Shown here: positions 37,001-47,874 of the stretch, one piece after another | Numbering within the stretch: position 1 is the stretch's first letter | Layout of the letters: each line of letters begins with the position of its first letter | Virus record (IMG/VR): IMGVR_UViG_3300031537_000001 | Location: 29,293 to 93,292 of that record | DNA from: a virus | Strand: one strand, 5' to 3' | Length of the DNA: 64,000 nucleotides | Notes under the pieces: generated by a model | Seen by the model: the letters and a program-made list of their open reading frames with translations, nothing else | Databases searched by the model: none | Told to the model about the DNA's origin: nothing | Position numbers and translations under genes: made by a program

Positions 37001-38884
37001 TTTACGAATATGGCTGGTTTTCATCAAGGTATGACAGGTGAAGTTAATACAATTACTTATGATGATATTTTCAAAACTGCTGAACCTGATGTTGTAGTAG
37101 ATGAAATGACTAATGAGAAAAGACAGTTTATCTTTGAAACTATTTCTCCTTCTGTAATAGATTTTTTACCAATGAATAAAATATATGAAATCTATATGGA
37201 TGAAACTATTGAAGTAGTAGGATCTAAAAATAGATATCCTGCTTCTTCTATTGCATACCTATCTAAAGCTTATGAGTTTAAGTATATTGATAATAAAACT
37301 GTAACAAAGGAATCAGTAAGTGATGATTATATTCATGGCAATCCAATTTTAAATCCGATTGATTATAATGCAGGGACACCATTAAAAATAGAAAGTGCTG
37401 ATGGTATTTATAAAGGTAGAATACGTTTAGAGAATGGACAACTGATAGATTGGGAAGAAATTAAAAAAGCTTCATTAAATTCTGAAACCTGGGATAAATT
37501 TCAACAAAGTTATAAACTCGGTAAATACTCAGGTAAAAAACATTTTAATGAGTTTGATATTTTTGATTACTGGCCTTTAACCATTAAACATGGAGAAACT
37601 GGTCAATTAATAGGTTTTGTACATAATACTCAATGGATAAATCATATTACTTCAGCCGATTCAGTTATTGATTCTAATAGACTTGCTTTAGGAAAGTTTA
37701 GAAAAGATCTTATATCTTATTTACTTGAAAATCCAGAAACTCCTTTCGAGACTAAAATAGTAAAAAAAGTGATTGAACGTAAGGATGATCATTATGTAGG
37801 ATTCAGATTACTGTCTAAGAATAAGGCTGAATTAGCTAATAAATATTTGGATCCATCTATTTCATTTGGTATAATGAATATTTCTTCTGTTGAGGTTCCT
37901 GGTAGAGCTTCAATAGAAAATAATATCCTTAACACGGATGAGGTTGAACAATTTTATAGTGGTACATCTTTTGCATTTATCCCATTAGGAGAAGTAAATG
38001 GAAAAATGAAATATCATGCTTCACCACTTGTTACAGATAAACTACCTCAATCTATAATAAAAAGTTTACGTCAATCTATAGAAATTTTTGCAAAACAAGA
38101 TTCAAGCATTAATCAACTTTTATATGATTCTTATAAAAAAGATGGTATTGATTTATTATCTAAAAAAGGTTTATCGGATGTGTTTACTAAAGTAATTACA
38201 TTATATAATCCAAAAGAAAAAGGTACTCTTGCAAAGACCTTAAAATCCAGATTAGGTAAATCTTCTTTAGGATTTATAGAATTCTCTGGAGAAACTTTAT
38301 CCTTTGGAAAATCTCATGTTTATTCTATCTTTAAAGGTCAGAAAGATCTTGATACTAATTTAGATATACTTGAAACTCAAATATTACCTCATGTATTTTT
38401 TAATGTGAATAAAAATTTACTTAATAAAACAAATAAATTTACATTCGCATCTATAAATGATTCAAATGAAATTGATACCTTTGAAGGAAATTACAATGAA
38501 TTTATAAAAAATTATGTTAGTACCTTTATGAGAAGTGTAAAGTTAGAAGATGGAACAACGGCTTATACTGCACAGAATATAACAGTATTTGATATGGATA
38601 CTTCAAAGTTAAATAAACTAGAAATAGAGGAAACAAATGTAGAAACTATACAAGAAACTATTCCTGAAGGTTTAGAAATATCTTCTGTGGGGATTGATGT
38701 TAAAATAGAAGATTTACTTAAAAATCCTATCCTTAAATCTATATCAGAAAAATCAGGAAAAGATATAAATAAACTAGCTTTAAACATAGCTGAAGGTAAA
38801 ATAACATTAGAGAGATTAGTTAGAGCATTAAATATTTCTCAAACTGCACTAGAAAATAACGAAAATAAAAACTGTGATTCATAA
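34061..38884 (+). CDS. giant virion cargo protein A (about 1607 aa) with N-terminal membrane-active segments
   Basis: ATG 34061 follows the previous stop (the ORF track starts at GTG 34031). Gly/Ala-rich hydrophobic segments, long coiled coils, and a single Cys at residue -3. Confidence 0.75.
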   Translation: MAVTELKDTGNGESKKYLTDNYKTEQFTDDKGIEYSPVKFQGDEESGFTYKPRGNVATLPGRNPVFMGSTSPRFAIPSKDWSLWDAGFTGDNIQDLERFRAEQQPWIVKAGYTIGGGALSGLGTIIEDAGYLMDYMTYVNMFTDIDMHSQKSMNLFRALPSAYQQMGRGLKKSTEKNVMPVYQNLDPNSFSDQVFQWNTLKTIIDNAVGFAVTGWGIGQVVNVAGKGIVKGLTKIGKNLAKVAETPAVLSELSIADRVAIKLSRTEAYAKLLSQRNPELFSTMDATFTGIFTKSVEGRMEGMEAYENYLEQYKPLVQNGVITQEELEQMASKEAGDVFDVTQRLFALDAMILKGLAKGKVITSKKLANPNFFRRNAHILSGIPKESTEEAIQQIAQMEGEYGLLQQTKNLQPGNYNKMKELGFDPDELLERYSERLAEYLLSNEVLVAASIGGISGPIQSAAFSMFDRKSRIKNIQDAYKDQQEQYKTNDKLFKATVEFKEKAKQLKLTDDMEEVSQLLGDKELQSIKEDATLAGIALDNFRKGTSDNLKQTLKESKDPEVSKLLPKLENLEKDYISSKKYINADRVFQLQNGVRLLQELLDNNRLKSNDVKLDEKTRTSYIKSANELENIIAKANETIDKETTKDYQIKLAESVIQMEKINKLVNSIAKVEDISALNTLKTLNPNLSDVIDDRIDQIRSTANLSKTTNTEDTKQNIQTKTRKSTPDNSTIEGKLDIITSKIANSVELTEEEIKLQKENIETIKDKLSNLHMQEETSENDVVDNEGTAYTESSGIEVKNKRDFDNVVKPVITELYKNLSENKDFNLNYNDVEDELYNYYLNIVDTVEDVNQLNDELTAKAEQLYKEHDKTSRLKDEIEIEAEEEIDANKSNEFLFSKSANKLVELLNLDKDLSSELTEDIISPEQQAENDAKAKVGKQILDTFKSMWKEMIQAGIEVEDFSTFIQAFQAAVKDPIVVREWFTNMAGFHQGMTGEVNTITYDDIFKTAEPDVVVDEMTNEKRQFIFETISPSVIDFLPMNKIYEIYMDETIEVVGSKNRYPASSIAYLSKAYEFKYIDNKTVTKESVSDDYIHGNPILNPIDYNAGTPLKIESADGIYKGRIRLENGQLIDWEEIKKASLNSETWDKFQQSYKLGKYSGKKHFNEFDIFDYWPLTIKHGETGQLIGFVHNTQWINHITSADSVIDSNRLALGKFRKDLISYLLENPETPFETKIVKKVIERKDDHYVGFRLLSKNKAELANKYLDPSISFGIMNISSVEVPGRASIENNILNTDEVEQFYSGTSFAFIPLGEVNGKMKYHASPLVTDKLPQSIIKSLRQSIEIFAKQDSSINQLLYDSYKKDGIDLLSKKGLSDVFTKVITLYNPKEKGTLAKTLKSRLGKSSLGFIEFSGETLSFGKSHVYSIFKGQKDLDTNLDILETQILPHVFFNVNKNLLNKTNKFTFASINDSNEIDTFEGNYNEFIKNYVSTFMRSVKLEDGTTAYTAQNITVFDMDTSKLNKLEIEETNVETIQETIPEGLEISSVGIDVKIEDLLKNPILKSISEKSGKDINKLALNIAEGKITLERLVRALNISQTALENNENKNCDS

Positions 38885-41800
38885 TGGGTTGTCAAGAAAC
38901 TAGATTAGGTTTATTAAAACCAGAAAGAGTAAAAGAGATTTTAGCTTCTCAGGATGTTTTTATCCAAGGTCTTTCATTTGCAAAGCAAAAAGAAGTAGTT
39001 AATGTTCTAACAGGTAGGCTATATCAAGCTGCCTTCGAAAATACAAATCCTGAAAAAGTATTGCTAAATACTATTGTAGAGAATTTTGTTAAAGATGTAG
39101 AAAGTAACATAAATTCGTTACAAGAATCTATTGAAGATCTGGAATTACTCAATGATGATAATTCTATGCAGGAAGAAATTGATTCTGTTAAACTAAATAT
39201 TGCAGATAATAAATCTGTAATTGATAATATAGATAAATTTAGATCTTTAGCAAAAGCTGAGTTAGAACATATTAATTTTATCCGGATTAAAAAACTGCAA
39301 GAAAGTTCAGAATTAGTTTCCAAAGAACAGGAAGAGTTATCCGAAACTCCGGATATGGAATCTTCCTTTGAACGAACTTCTTTTTCTGATAACTTTTCTA
39401 TAGAGTTAAGTTCCAGGGATACCATATCCACACGGATGAAAAAATTTTTATCTTATATTACTGAATACGAATATCAAGATGGTATACCGGTACAAAAGAA
39501 ATCTTTTATAGGTACAGAAATAGCTTTAGATTTTAATTATGTCTATAAAGAATTGCATAGCATTCTACATGATTTACCAGCTAAATACGATGTCTTGGTT
39601 TCTAAACTGGATGAATTTACTTCCTCAGCTATAACTGAACAAAATCCAAACTATGCTTGGTTACAAGATATATCTAATAAATTAAGTTCTAAAGATTCCA
39701 AGGGTGAATATACTTTAGATGAACAAATAAGAAAAGAATTTGTTACTGATATGACTAAACATAGGATAAAAATGAAATTTATTTCCTATGAGCTTAAATT
39801 GGAAGAAGATGGTTTTTATCATCCAAAATTAAAAGTATATGATGATGATTCTTCTTCTATAAGTAGACGTATTCAACAACAATGGAAAAAAAGTCATCTA
39901 AAATCCAGTGTAGTAGTACATGGTCTTTATGATGAGAATAAACTTCAATCAGTAAAAGAAAAAATTTCAACTTTAAGAAATACAGATCAAAAAGATGGAT
40001 TAGCTTTAGCTAAAATAGCTACAGATATCCTTCATAGTTTAGGTATTAATGCTGAACCTATCTATGTAAATTCATTATTCTTAACCAGTAAAAAGATATA
40101 TTACGGAAGTAAATCATCTACTGGAAGACAGTTCTTTCATCCTAATGGACCGATAGATATTTTACTAAAACAGATGTCTCCAGGTTCTTTAGTGGAGAAT
40201 TCTGATGTAATGAATGACAATATAGTTTTCGGATTAGTTAATGGCTCTTCTTCCTATGTTAAAGATCAATTCGCTCACTCCTTTAGAATAGGAGATAAAA
40301 TTATCTATACATATACTAATAATCATTATACAGTTAATCGGGTAAATAAATTAACAGAAGAAAGCTCTCAACTTAGATCTGAATTATCTAAATCTCTATT
40401 CGCAAAAGAATCTCTTTATCTGGCAATGTTAAATAATGAAGATACGAACTTTAGAAAAGATTTTGAAGTTTCATATGTATCATTACATCCACTAAAAACT
40501 AAAAGACGCAGATCGAAAGAAGCTAATAAAATTAGTCCTACCGATATGGAAATTGTTAAAGTAGGATTCTTCAATAATGGAAATAAATATAATTCAATAA
40601 ATATAAATGGTAAACCTTTATCTTATCGTAAGGCTCAATATTTTTTACCTACTAATTCTGACAAAGAGAGAATTTTATTAGGTTCCGGTTTAGCATTTGA
40701 TTCTGTAGTATCTGATACTGTAGAAGATAATTCCGGTAAATTAATACCTACACAATATTTTAAACCTGAAGCTTTGGATTTAATGTATGAGAGTGTAGTT
40801 AAAGCTGAAATAAATAGAATCTTCTCTACATCCCAACCTTCTTTTGATGAAAATATAGATTTAGCTGACTATAATGGAAAACTATTTTACTTATTTCCTT
40901 CTTTAAATGATTTGACGATTAAACAAAAAAATAATGAAGGAGATGAGGTAGAAGTTAAGTTACTCGATTTAGTTCAGTCTTCTCCCCAAATTGATTCAAA
41001 TGTTAAGAATCAAATCAAAGCTGAACTTGTAAGAACATTAATTGATTCTACTTTTCAAACTTTAGAATCTTATAAATCTAAAGGACTTATAGTAGAAAGA
41101 GATGGTAAATATTTCCCTACAAACAGATTAGTATTAAAATCTACTAAAGCTGGTAAAACAGATGTTATCGCTTCTATTATGAATATGAAATTTAACTATT
41201 TCCTATTTAATGCAAATATGTTTCAGTTAATAGTAGGAGATCCTTCAAATTATGCTAAAGGTAATATTAAAGGAACTTATGCTAATATAGGCAAACGTTT
41301 AGCAGCAGAAATTGCTCCGGGAAATGAATTCGAAAGTGAAGATTATATTCAATTATATGCTAAAGATAAAATCTCTACTTCAGTAGTATTTAAACATATC
41401 TTGAAAATACTTGATAATAAGACATTACAACAATTTAATAGTATGTCTGAAGATCAACGTAGGAAATTAAAATCTTTTCCTTATACTGCAATAAAAGGTA
41501 CAGATGCACAGGAAATAACTACCTGGAAAGAACATTTAGATGTTCTTAAAGGTTTAGGAAGGATCAGTAAAAAAGAATATGAAGAAGCTTCTGATGCATT
41601 TTCCAATAAACGTCTTCCAACTAAAAGAATATTTGATAAAGTTTTACAACCTTTAAAACCTGTATATGTAAACAATAAAATAATACAGGTAGGAGATTTT
41701 AAAATTGATAAGAAAATATACATTAAAACATCTTCTTTTCCCTTGATACCTGCATTAACTAAAAATCAGGAAATAGATAAACTTAGGCTCAAATTAGAGG

Positions 41801-44800
41801 ATATTGCTTCTAAGAATGGGAATAAAGGAGTAAGATTAGTTTATAAATCCGGGGTTAAGGTTGGATTTCCAAAGAAAACTGCTTTAACTATCTTCGATGA
41901 GGCTGGAAATATAACAGATTTTCAAATAGATAAACCTGAAATATTATCCAGAGAAGGTTTTAAAATTCAACAGGATAAACCTTATGATCCAAAAAAACTA
42001 AAAATTAATAGCGGGGCTCAGGCTAAAAAACTATTATTCGCAAATTTTCTTAATACTGAATTTGATTATAAAGACAATAAGGTTACCGGGGAAGAATTGA
42101 GATCTAAGTATGTTGATTATTATAAACAATTATATGACCTTGGTATCGCTTCTCTAAAAGATAGAATTGGAACCAAAAGATATAGAGATAAAAAAGGAAA
42201 CTCTCAAACATTATTGGATATTGAATTATTATCTTCTTTACTCAAAGGAGAATTACGCAAACGCGGGGAAGATACTAAAGTATTAATAGATGGTTTAGAG
42301 ATAAAAACATTTCCACATAATATAAATGGTAAATCGATAGTAAGGAAAGATTTCGCTATTCCTCTATGGGCTAGTCCTAATGCAGATATTTATGCATCCT
42401 TACTTATATCACTGGTTAAAAATTCTGTAGTTAAACAAAAATTAACTGGTAGGAGTGAAGTTTTAGCTTCTCAGGAAGGTTTTAAACCTACTTCGGAAAC
42501 CGTAATTAAAGCGGTTGAAACTGGTGAAGATTTAAGTAAACTTATAAATGAGTATGATAGTATTCTATTTACTGATAGCTATAATCATGAACAAGGTTTA
42601 CTTCCTCAATACACAGATAGTAAAGGGATTGTACATCCGGCTCAAATATTAGTACCATTTAAATTTCAGGATAATGATGGAAATACATTAGATCTATCTC
42701 AATTTACTGTAAAAAATAAAGAAGGTAAAATTACAATTGATAAAACTAAATTACCTCCTGAACTATTAAAAACTTTTGGATTTAGAATTCCTACTCAGTT
42801 ACATTCTTCAATGTCTTATATGGAGATTGTAGGATTTTTACCAACGATAAGTGGGGATATGATTGTGGCTCCAAGGGAATTTACTATTCAAATGGGTTCA
42901 GATTTTGATGTTGATATGTTATATTCTTATCTCATGTCAACTAAATATAATTCTGTACATAAATCTCTGGCTAAAATAGAAGAAATATCCGATTATAAAG
43001 GCAAAAGACGGAAATTGGCTATTGATTATAAACTAGCTAAACAAAAACTACAAGAAAATTCTCCAAATGACTATAAAGATATTTTTAATCGTATTGTAGA
43101 ATCTATTGATATCTTTCGGGAAACCGGAGATACTATTAATGAAAATGAATTAGGTAATTTTGTAGGTAATTTATACCCGGATGCTGAACTTAATCTGATT
43201 AAGAATGTAATAAATTTAAGTCTTGAATTGGATAATTTTGACAACTTATATAAAAAAAGTATTCATAATTCATTGCTTGATATTCATCTTACTGTTGTCA
43301 GCAGTCCACAGACTCAAAGTAGTATTATTACCCCTCTTGGATTAGGACAGTATTTAGGTACAACTATTAAATATGATGGTAAGGAATACATAGATGGTTA
43401 TGCAGATTTAATAGATACTTTATCTTCTTCTGTAAGACAAGAACCCATAATATCTGATATTTATCAGACTAATAAATTTTATGATGGTACTGAAGGTAAA
43501 GATGGTATTAGTATGTTCTCGGCAGATTCAATCTTTAATGCTTTGGCCCAAGATAAAGAACTTCAAATTCAAACAACAAATTATTTAGGAGAAAAGGTTC
43601 CTATCCAGATTGAATTTGGAAATAAATATGACATGTCTAATGGAATACTTGGTAGATTACTTTCATTAAAAAAGGATTCACCAAGAAAAATTACTGAAAT
43701 TATAGCTGCTGCTCAAAACCTATCAGTAGATAATGCTAATGAGCAAGGTATGTATAAAGTAAATATGAATAAATACACATTTAATGTATATTCAATATTA
43801 AACTTTCTCGGTTTTGAGGAAGACGTATCAACTACATTTATATCTCAACCTATAATTAAAGATTTTGTCAAATTAGTAAGAGAGTCGGAATCTATTACTG
43901 GTAAATATAATCCGGATAGAATAGATGATATTATTGATATCTTAAAAAAGACATATGATTCTCAATCAACTTATACTCCAAAAGATCAAAGCTTAGCTGA
44001 TTTCAAAGGTAAAGATGCTTCTAAAGAAATGCTTGATATGATTAAAGATCAAGAAAAGTATATTGATTTTGGAAAACATCAGGTAGCAATTTTACTTAAA
44101 TTTTTACAATTACAAGAGTATGAAAGATATCCTGCATCCTTAAAGAAATACTTGAATATCGATTCTAAAGGATTTAATAAAAATATGTTTATCAATAAAC
44201 TTAGATACGATAAATCTTTTACATTAAATTTCCATAATATAAAGAATGCAGAATCTTTATTAGGGACAATAGAAAATGATGAATTTGGCTTAACTGATGT
44301 TAATCCTACTACACTAGCTGGCTTAGATACTTGGATAGGAACTGAAAGTTTATTATCATTCTTTGGTAATGAATTTGTAGAAACAAATCCTTCCTTTATG
44401 TTCAAGAGTATATATTCAAATCTAGCTGTAAATATAGGAAGGGATGGAAATCTCTCAGCTAGTCAATTAAAATCTATAACAAATGGATATAAAGACTTTC
44501 TTCTTACTAATTTTAAAACCGGAAATATAGATAATGTTAGAAAAGTTCTTTTTACCAATACTAAAGAAGGTTCTCTATATGATAATCTTAATAAATTAAA
44601 AGATTCAATATATTGGAAAAAGAATACCTTTCTTAACGGAATAGCATTCCAGGAAACAGATGGTGTAGTTACTATAGATTTCAATAATACTTCAGAAGAT
44701 ATCTTAGATGATAATAAATTCTATTTATCTTTTCTGGATATGTTCCGTAATGATAGTGAAATAAATGGTGTAATTCCATCTATTGTAGCCGAACAATTAG

Positions 44801-47355
44801 CAGTATATGGAATTCTTCGTGGAACTTTCAAAGCAAGACAGTTTACAAACTTAATTCCTGTAGATATACTTAATGAAGTTATCGGTATTCCCAGTTCTAT
44901 AGATCAGGTAGATACATTTATTGACCAATGGATTCGTCATAATCCGGAGGAAACACAGAATATACAAAAATATACATTGACAGGGAGTCAATTACTACCT
45001 ACTGAAGGAATTGAATATTCTCAATATATACATATTGTAACTGAAGACAATGTTGTAAAAGTATTTAAGAAATCACCCTCAATAAGTGATGTATATCACG
45101 AAATATCTCAATTAGGTAATGATTATATAACAGAATATAATATTCAAGGTAAAGCTAAATCTATATTTAAATCCAACAGGACTGTAGAAGAACCATTGAA
45201 AAAAGATATCCATCAAATTAGAACCAGAGAAGGAACTTACATATCCGGAGATACTGTTAATGGATATAATATTGACCAGATTCAGGAAGAAGTAAAGTTA
45301 GATTATTCCAGTTCAGATAACTTAATTCAATCAATCATAGATCAAACTGAATATCCTGAATTATCAAATCTGGCTTTAGTAATTCAGGGAGTTATTCCTG
45401 ATGATATTACTCTTATAGTTACTGATACTATAAGAGGATTAAAGTATAATCCGGATTCAAATACAATTACGATAGGTAAAGAGTATATATCTACTTCATC
45501 TTCTCACGATATTATAACCGGGATTATGCATGAATACATGCACTCAGTTACATTACAAGAAATTGATAGATTTTCAAAAGGTAGTTTTAATCAGCCAGCT
45601 ATACAATCTTCTCTAAGTAGGATAAATGATTTCAAGAACAGAATCATCTCTAACTTAACCGAAGAGCAATCCAGTGATTTTAAAGCAGTTATGTTAGGAT
45701 ACTTAAATTCTGTATCCGATAATAAATTAAATGCTTTACTAAATAATTCGACAATTCATGGAGATGTACTTGAATTAATTAATAAAATTCTTACTTATAG
45801 AAAAAATCCTGAATTTTTTATTGATGGAAAATTTAAATCTGATATAGAAATAGCAAATAAACAATATACTGAAATAGCGGCTGAATCCAGATCAAAATTT
45901 GAAAGCTATTATTCTTTACTTAATTTATCTGAATTTGTTGCAGTAAGTTCAACCAGAAATATCTTTAAGGAATTAAATGTTAATACTTCAGAGTATAAAG
46001 GTCTTATTCAGGAATTGTTTCAAGCAATATTAGAATTACTTGGTTTTTCAACTGATGGAGCTCAAATGTTAGCTAGTGATATATTAACTGTAGCTAAAGT
46101 ATCTAAGGAAGATGTTGAGAAGATTCAAAAGACTAAAGTAGAAAAAGCTATTAATAATGATTTAATATACTCACATACTGATGGTAATAGTTATATAATA
46201 GAGAAAGGTAGCATTTACAATATAAATAATTTAAGTACACCTGTTATAATGGACCAAGTAAAAAGGTCAAAATTTACGGTTGATTTTATAAATGCTAAAT
46301 CTAAGAATGTTGAATATTCAATGTCAGATTTTTCAGATTCAGCCCAACGTAAATTTCGACAAAATGGTAAAGATTATAATTCTATCCAGGAATATAAACA
46401 AAATAATGAACAAAACTTAGATTCAGCTATAACAGAATCATATAGATCTAATCCGATATACATTGCTAAAATGTTTAAATATGTTGCTGATACCGGGGAT
46501 AAATCTAAGTTTGGAAATTTGTATAACGAGTTACTTGATTTATATGATTATATGGATTCTATTATAATCAATACTCCTAAACAACTGGATATAAATTATA
46601 GTAAAGAGAATCTTCCTCCAAAAAATGTCAATACTGTAGTAGTTACTAATGAAACATATTCTGCTCCTGTTAGTTATGCTACTGATGCAATTATAGAATC
46701 AATAAAGAATAGTGACCTTGAAAGTATAAAGGATCAGTTTTCAAACTTTGAAGATCAGGTTTTAAAGTCTCTTGAAAAAGAAGGGGAAGAAGTAAAGAGA
46801 AAATGTAAAAGTAAGACAAAAGCTTCTAAAGGAATGAAGAGTAACTTTAAAAAAGGGTTTGAATGGAGTTTGGTTAAAGACCTTAAAGGATTTCCTTCAC
46901 ATACTCAAGGAGGAGTTGATTTAAAAATCTCCAATGGTAAAGTTACCTTTTCTGGAAAAAATGGTACAATTGAAGCAAAGCATGGATTATTACTTCATGA
47001 GACTTCATATGCCAGATTTAATAGGATGAATAGAAAAGGTGGGGATTGGGAGATATCTAAGACTAATAATTCTAAAGTCTATGCAGAAAAGGGACTACAA
47101 GTAAAGTGGAATAAGAAAAATACTTCTTTTGAAAAAGGACATGAATGGAATCTAATTAAAGATTTAAAAGGTTTTCCTTCACATAATAGTGGAGGAATTA
47201 ATATATTTGTGGAAGAAAATGGTAATATAGGATTTACAAAAGGAGAGACTAAAATAAAAGCAGCATGTGGTTGTGTTATACCTAATAAATCATTCATTAA
47301 ACTTAACTCTGCTAAAGAATCAAAAAATGTCAAACGTTATATAAAAAGAAAATAA
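38884..47355 (+). CDS. virion RNA polymerase (single-chain two-barrel, phi14:2 gp66-like) fused to a zincin metallopeptidase and C-terminal repeats
   Basis: FRIPTQ and catalytic GSDFDVD (D1340-D1344, nt 42901-42915); HEYMH (H2216-H2220) with downstream EFVA. Confidence 0.9.
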   Translation: MGCQETRLGLLKPERVKEILASQDVFIQGLSFAKQKEVVNVLTGRLYQAAFENTNPEKVLLNTIVENFVKDVESNINSLQESIEDLELLNDDNSMQEEIDSVKLNIADNKSVIDNIDKFRSLAKAELEHINFIRIKKLQESSELVSKEQEELSETPDMESSFERTSFSDNFSIELSSRDTISTRMKKFLSYITEYEYQDGIPVQKKSFIGTEIALDFNYVYKELHSILHDLPAKYDVLVSKLDEFTSSAITEQNPNYAWLQDISNKLSSKDSKGEYTLDEQIRKEFVTDMTKHRIKMKFISYELKLEEDGFYHPKLKVYDDDSSSISRRIQQQWKKSHLKSSVVVHGLYDENKLQSVKEKISTLRNTDQKDGLALAKIATDILHSLGINAEPIYVNSLFLTSKKIYYGSKSSTGRQFFHPNGPIDILLKQMSPGSLVENSDVMNDNIVFGLVNGSSSYVKDQFAHSFRIGDKIIYTYTNNHYTVNRVNKLTEESSQLRSELSKSLFAKESLYLAMLNNEDTNFRKDFEVSYVSLHPLKTKRRRSKEANKISPTDMEIVKVGFFNNGNKYNSININGKPLSYRKAQYFLPTNSDKERILLGSGLAFDSVVSDTVEDNSGKLIPTQYFKPEALDLMYESVVKAEINRIFSTSQPSFDENIDLADYNGKLFYLFPSLNDLTIKQKNNEGDEVEVKLLDLVQSSPQIDSNVKNQIKAELVRTLIDSTFQTLESYKSKGLIVERDGKYFPTNRLVLKSTKAGKTDVIASIMNMKFNYFLFNANMFQLIVGDPSNYAKGNIKGTYANIGKRLAAEIAPGNEFESEDYIQLYAKDKISTSVVFKHILKILDNKTLQQFNSMSEDQRRKLKSFPYTAIKGTDAQEITTWKEHLDVLKGLGRISKKEYEEASDAFSNKRLPTKRIFDKVLQPLKPVYVNNKIIQVGDFKIDKKIYIKTSSFPLIPALTKNQEIDKLRLKLEDIASKNGNKGVRLVYKSGVKVGFPKKTALTIFDEAGNITDFQIDKPEILSREGFKIQQDKPYDPKKLKINSGAQAKKLLFANFLNTEFDYKDNKVTGEELRSKYVDYYKQLYDLGIASLKDRIGTKRYRDKKGNSQTLLDIELLSSLLKGELRKRGEDTKVLIDGLEIKTFPHNINGKSIVRKDFAIPLWASPNADIYASLLISLVKNSVVKQKLTGRSEVLASQEGFKPTSETVIKAVETGEDLSKLINEYDSILFTDSYNHEQGLLPQYTDSKGIVHPAQILVPFKFQDNDGNTLDLSQFTVKNKEGKITIDKTKLPPELLKTFGFRIPTQLHSSMSYMEIVGFLPTISGDMIVAPREFTIQMGSDFDVDMLYSYLMSTKYNSVHKSLAKIEEISDYKGKRRKLAIDYKLAKQKLQENSPNDYKDIFNRIVESIDIFRETGDTINENELGNFVGNLYPDAELNLIKNVINLSLELDNFDNLYKKSIHNSLLDIHLTVVSSPQTQSSIITPLGLGQYLGTTIKYDGKEYIDGYADLIDTLSSSVRQEPIISDIYQTNKFYDGTEGKDGISMFSADSIFNALAQDKELQIQTTNYLGEKVPIQIEFGNKYDMSNGILGRLLSLKKDSPRKITEIIAAAQNLSVDNANEQGMYKVNMNKYTFNVYSILNFLGFEEDVSTTFISQPIIKDFVKLVRESESITGKYNPDRIDDIIDILKKTYDSQSTYTPKDQSLADFKGKDASKEMLDMIKDQEKYIDFGKHQVAILLKFLQLQEYERYPASLKKYLNIDSKGFNKNMFINKLRYDKSFTLNFHNIKNAESLLGTIENDEFGLTDVNPTTLAGLDTWIGTESLLSFFGNEFVETNPSFMFKSIYSNLAVNIGRDGNLSASQLKSITNGYKDFLLTNFKTGNIDNVRKVLFTNTKEGSLYDNLNKLKDSIYWKKNTFLNGIAFQETDGVVTIDFNNTSEDILDDNKFYLSFLDMFRNDSEINGVIPSIVAEQLAVYGILRGTFKARQFTNLIPVDILNEVIGIPSSIDQVDTFIDQWIRHNPEETQNIQKYTLTGSQLLPTEGIEYSQYIHIVTEDNVVKVFKKSPSISDVYHEISQLGNDYITEYNIQGKAKSIFKSNRTVEEPLKKDIHQIRTREGTYISGDTVNGYNIDQIQEEVKLDYSSSDNLIQSIIDQTEYPELSNLALVIQGVIPDDITLIVTDTIRGLKYNPDSNTITIGKEYISTSSSHDIITGIMHEYMHSVTLQEIDRFSKGSFNQPAIQSSLSRINDFKNRIISNLTEEQSSDFKAVMLGYLNSVSDNKLNALLNNSTIHGDVLELINKILTYRKNPEFFIDGKFKSDIEIANKQYTEIAAESRSKFESYYSLLNLSEFVAVSSTRNIFKELNVNTSEYKGLIQELFQAILELLGFSTDGAQMLASDILTVAKVSKEDVEKIQKTKVEKAINNDLIYSHTDGNSYIIEKGSIYNINNLSTPVIMDQVKRSKFTVDFINAKSKNVEYSMSDFSDSAQRKFRQNGKDYNSIQEYKQNNEQNLDSAITESYRSNPIYIAKMFKYVADTGDKSKFGNLYNELLDLYDYMDSIIINTPKQLDINYSKENLPPKNVNTVVVTNETYSAPVSYATDAIIESIKNSDLESIKDQFSNFEDQVLKSLEKEGEEVKRKCKSKTKASKGMKSNFKKGFEWSLVKDLKGFPSHTQGGVDLKISNGKVTFSGKNGTIEAKHGLLLHETSYARFNRMNRKGGDWEISKTNNSKVYAEKGLQVKWNKKNTSFEKGHEWNLIKDLKGFPSHNSGGINIFVEENGNIGFTKGETKIKAACGCVIPNKSFIKLNSAKESKNVKRYIKRK
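46846..47283 (+). repeat. two copies of a ~50-aa module at the vRNAP C-terminus
   Basis: FKKGFEWSLVKDLKGFPSHTQGG... (46846) and FEKGHEWNLIKDLKGFPSHNSGG... (47128); similarity is also visible at DNA level. Confidence 0.85.
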
Positions 47356-47358
47356 ATT

Positions 47359-47856
47359 ATGAAAAATCTAATTAGTGATGTTTTAATAGAAGCCTTGCAA
47401 TATAGAATAAACCAAGAAAGAATAAGCAGTTATATTTATGAAGATATGGCTAACTATTTAGACTACATAGGATTTACAGGAGCAGCTAAACGTTGGAGAA
47501 AATATGCTTCGGAGGAACTAACTCATTCAGGATGGGGTGAAAGTTTATTATCTGATTTAGACCTATTACCTAGAATGGATATAATTCCTAAACAACCAGG
47601 AACCTATTCAGGATTAGTAGATATCATAGATAAAAGTCTTGAACATGAAATTACGATTACACAACAATGTAATGAATTATTTGTCTTAGCTATGAAAGAA
47701 GGTTGTGGTATGGTTACTCAACTTGCTTTAAAATATCAGGCTGAGCAAGTAGAAGAACTTGGTAAAATGACTTATTGGAAAAATCGTCTTGAAGCTTTTG
47801 GTGATGATTCTACAGCTTTAAGATTTCTTGACAATGAAATGGGAGATCTGGATTAA
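47359..47856 (+). CDS. ferritin (FtnA-like)
   Basis: INQE..SSYIY, EELTH, LEHE, EQVEE ferroxidase-centre pattern; 165 aa. Confidence 0.85.
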   Translation: MKNLISDVLIEALQYRINQERISSYIYEDMANYLDYIGFTGAAKRWRKYASEELTHSGWGESLLSDLDLLPRMDIIPKQPGTYSGLVDIIDKSLEHEITITQQCNELFVLAMKEGCGMVTQLALKYQAEQVEELGKMTYWKNRLEAFGDDSTALRFLDNEMGDLD

Positions 47857-47874
47857 TATAAAAATAATCAAACT

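Noticed and set aside
38870-38892. Frameshift or readthrough fusing cargo protein A to the vRNAP
   Set aside because: The -1 frame upstream of ATG 38884 contains a stop (TGA at 38875-38877), and there is no in-phase slippery heptamer after it.
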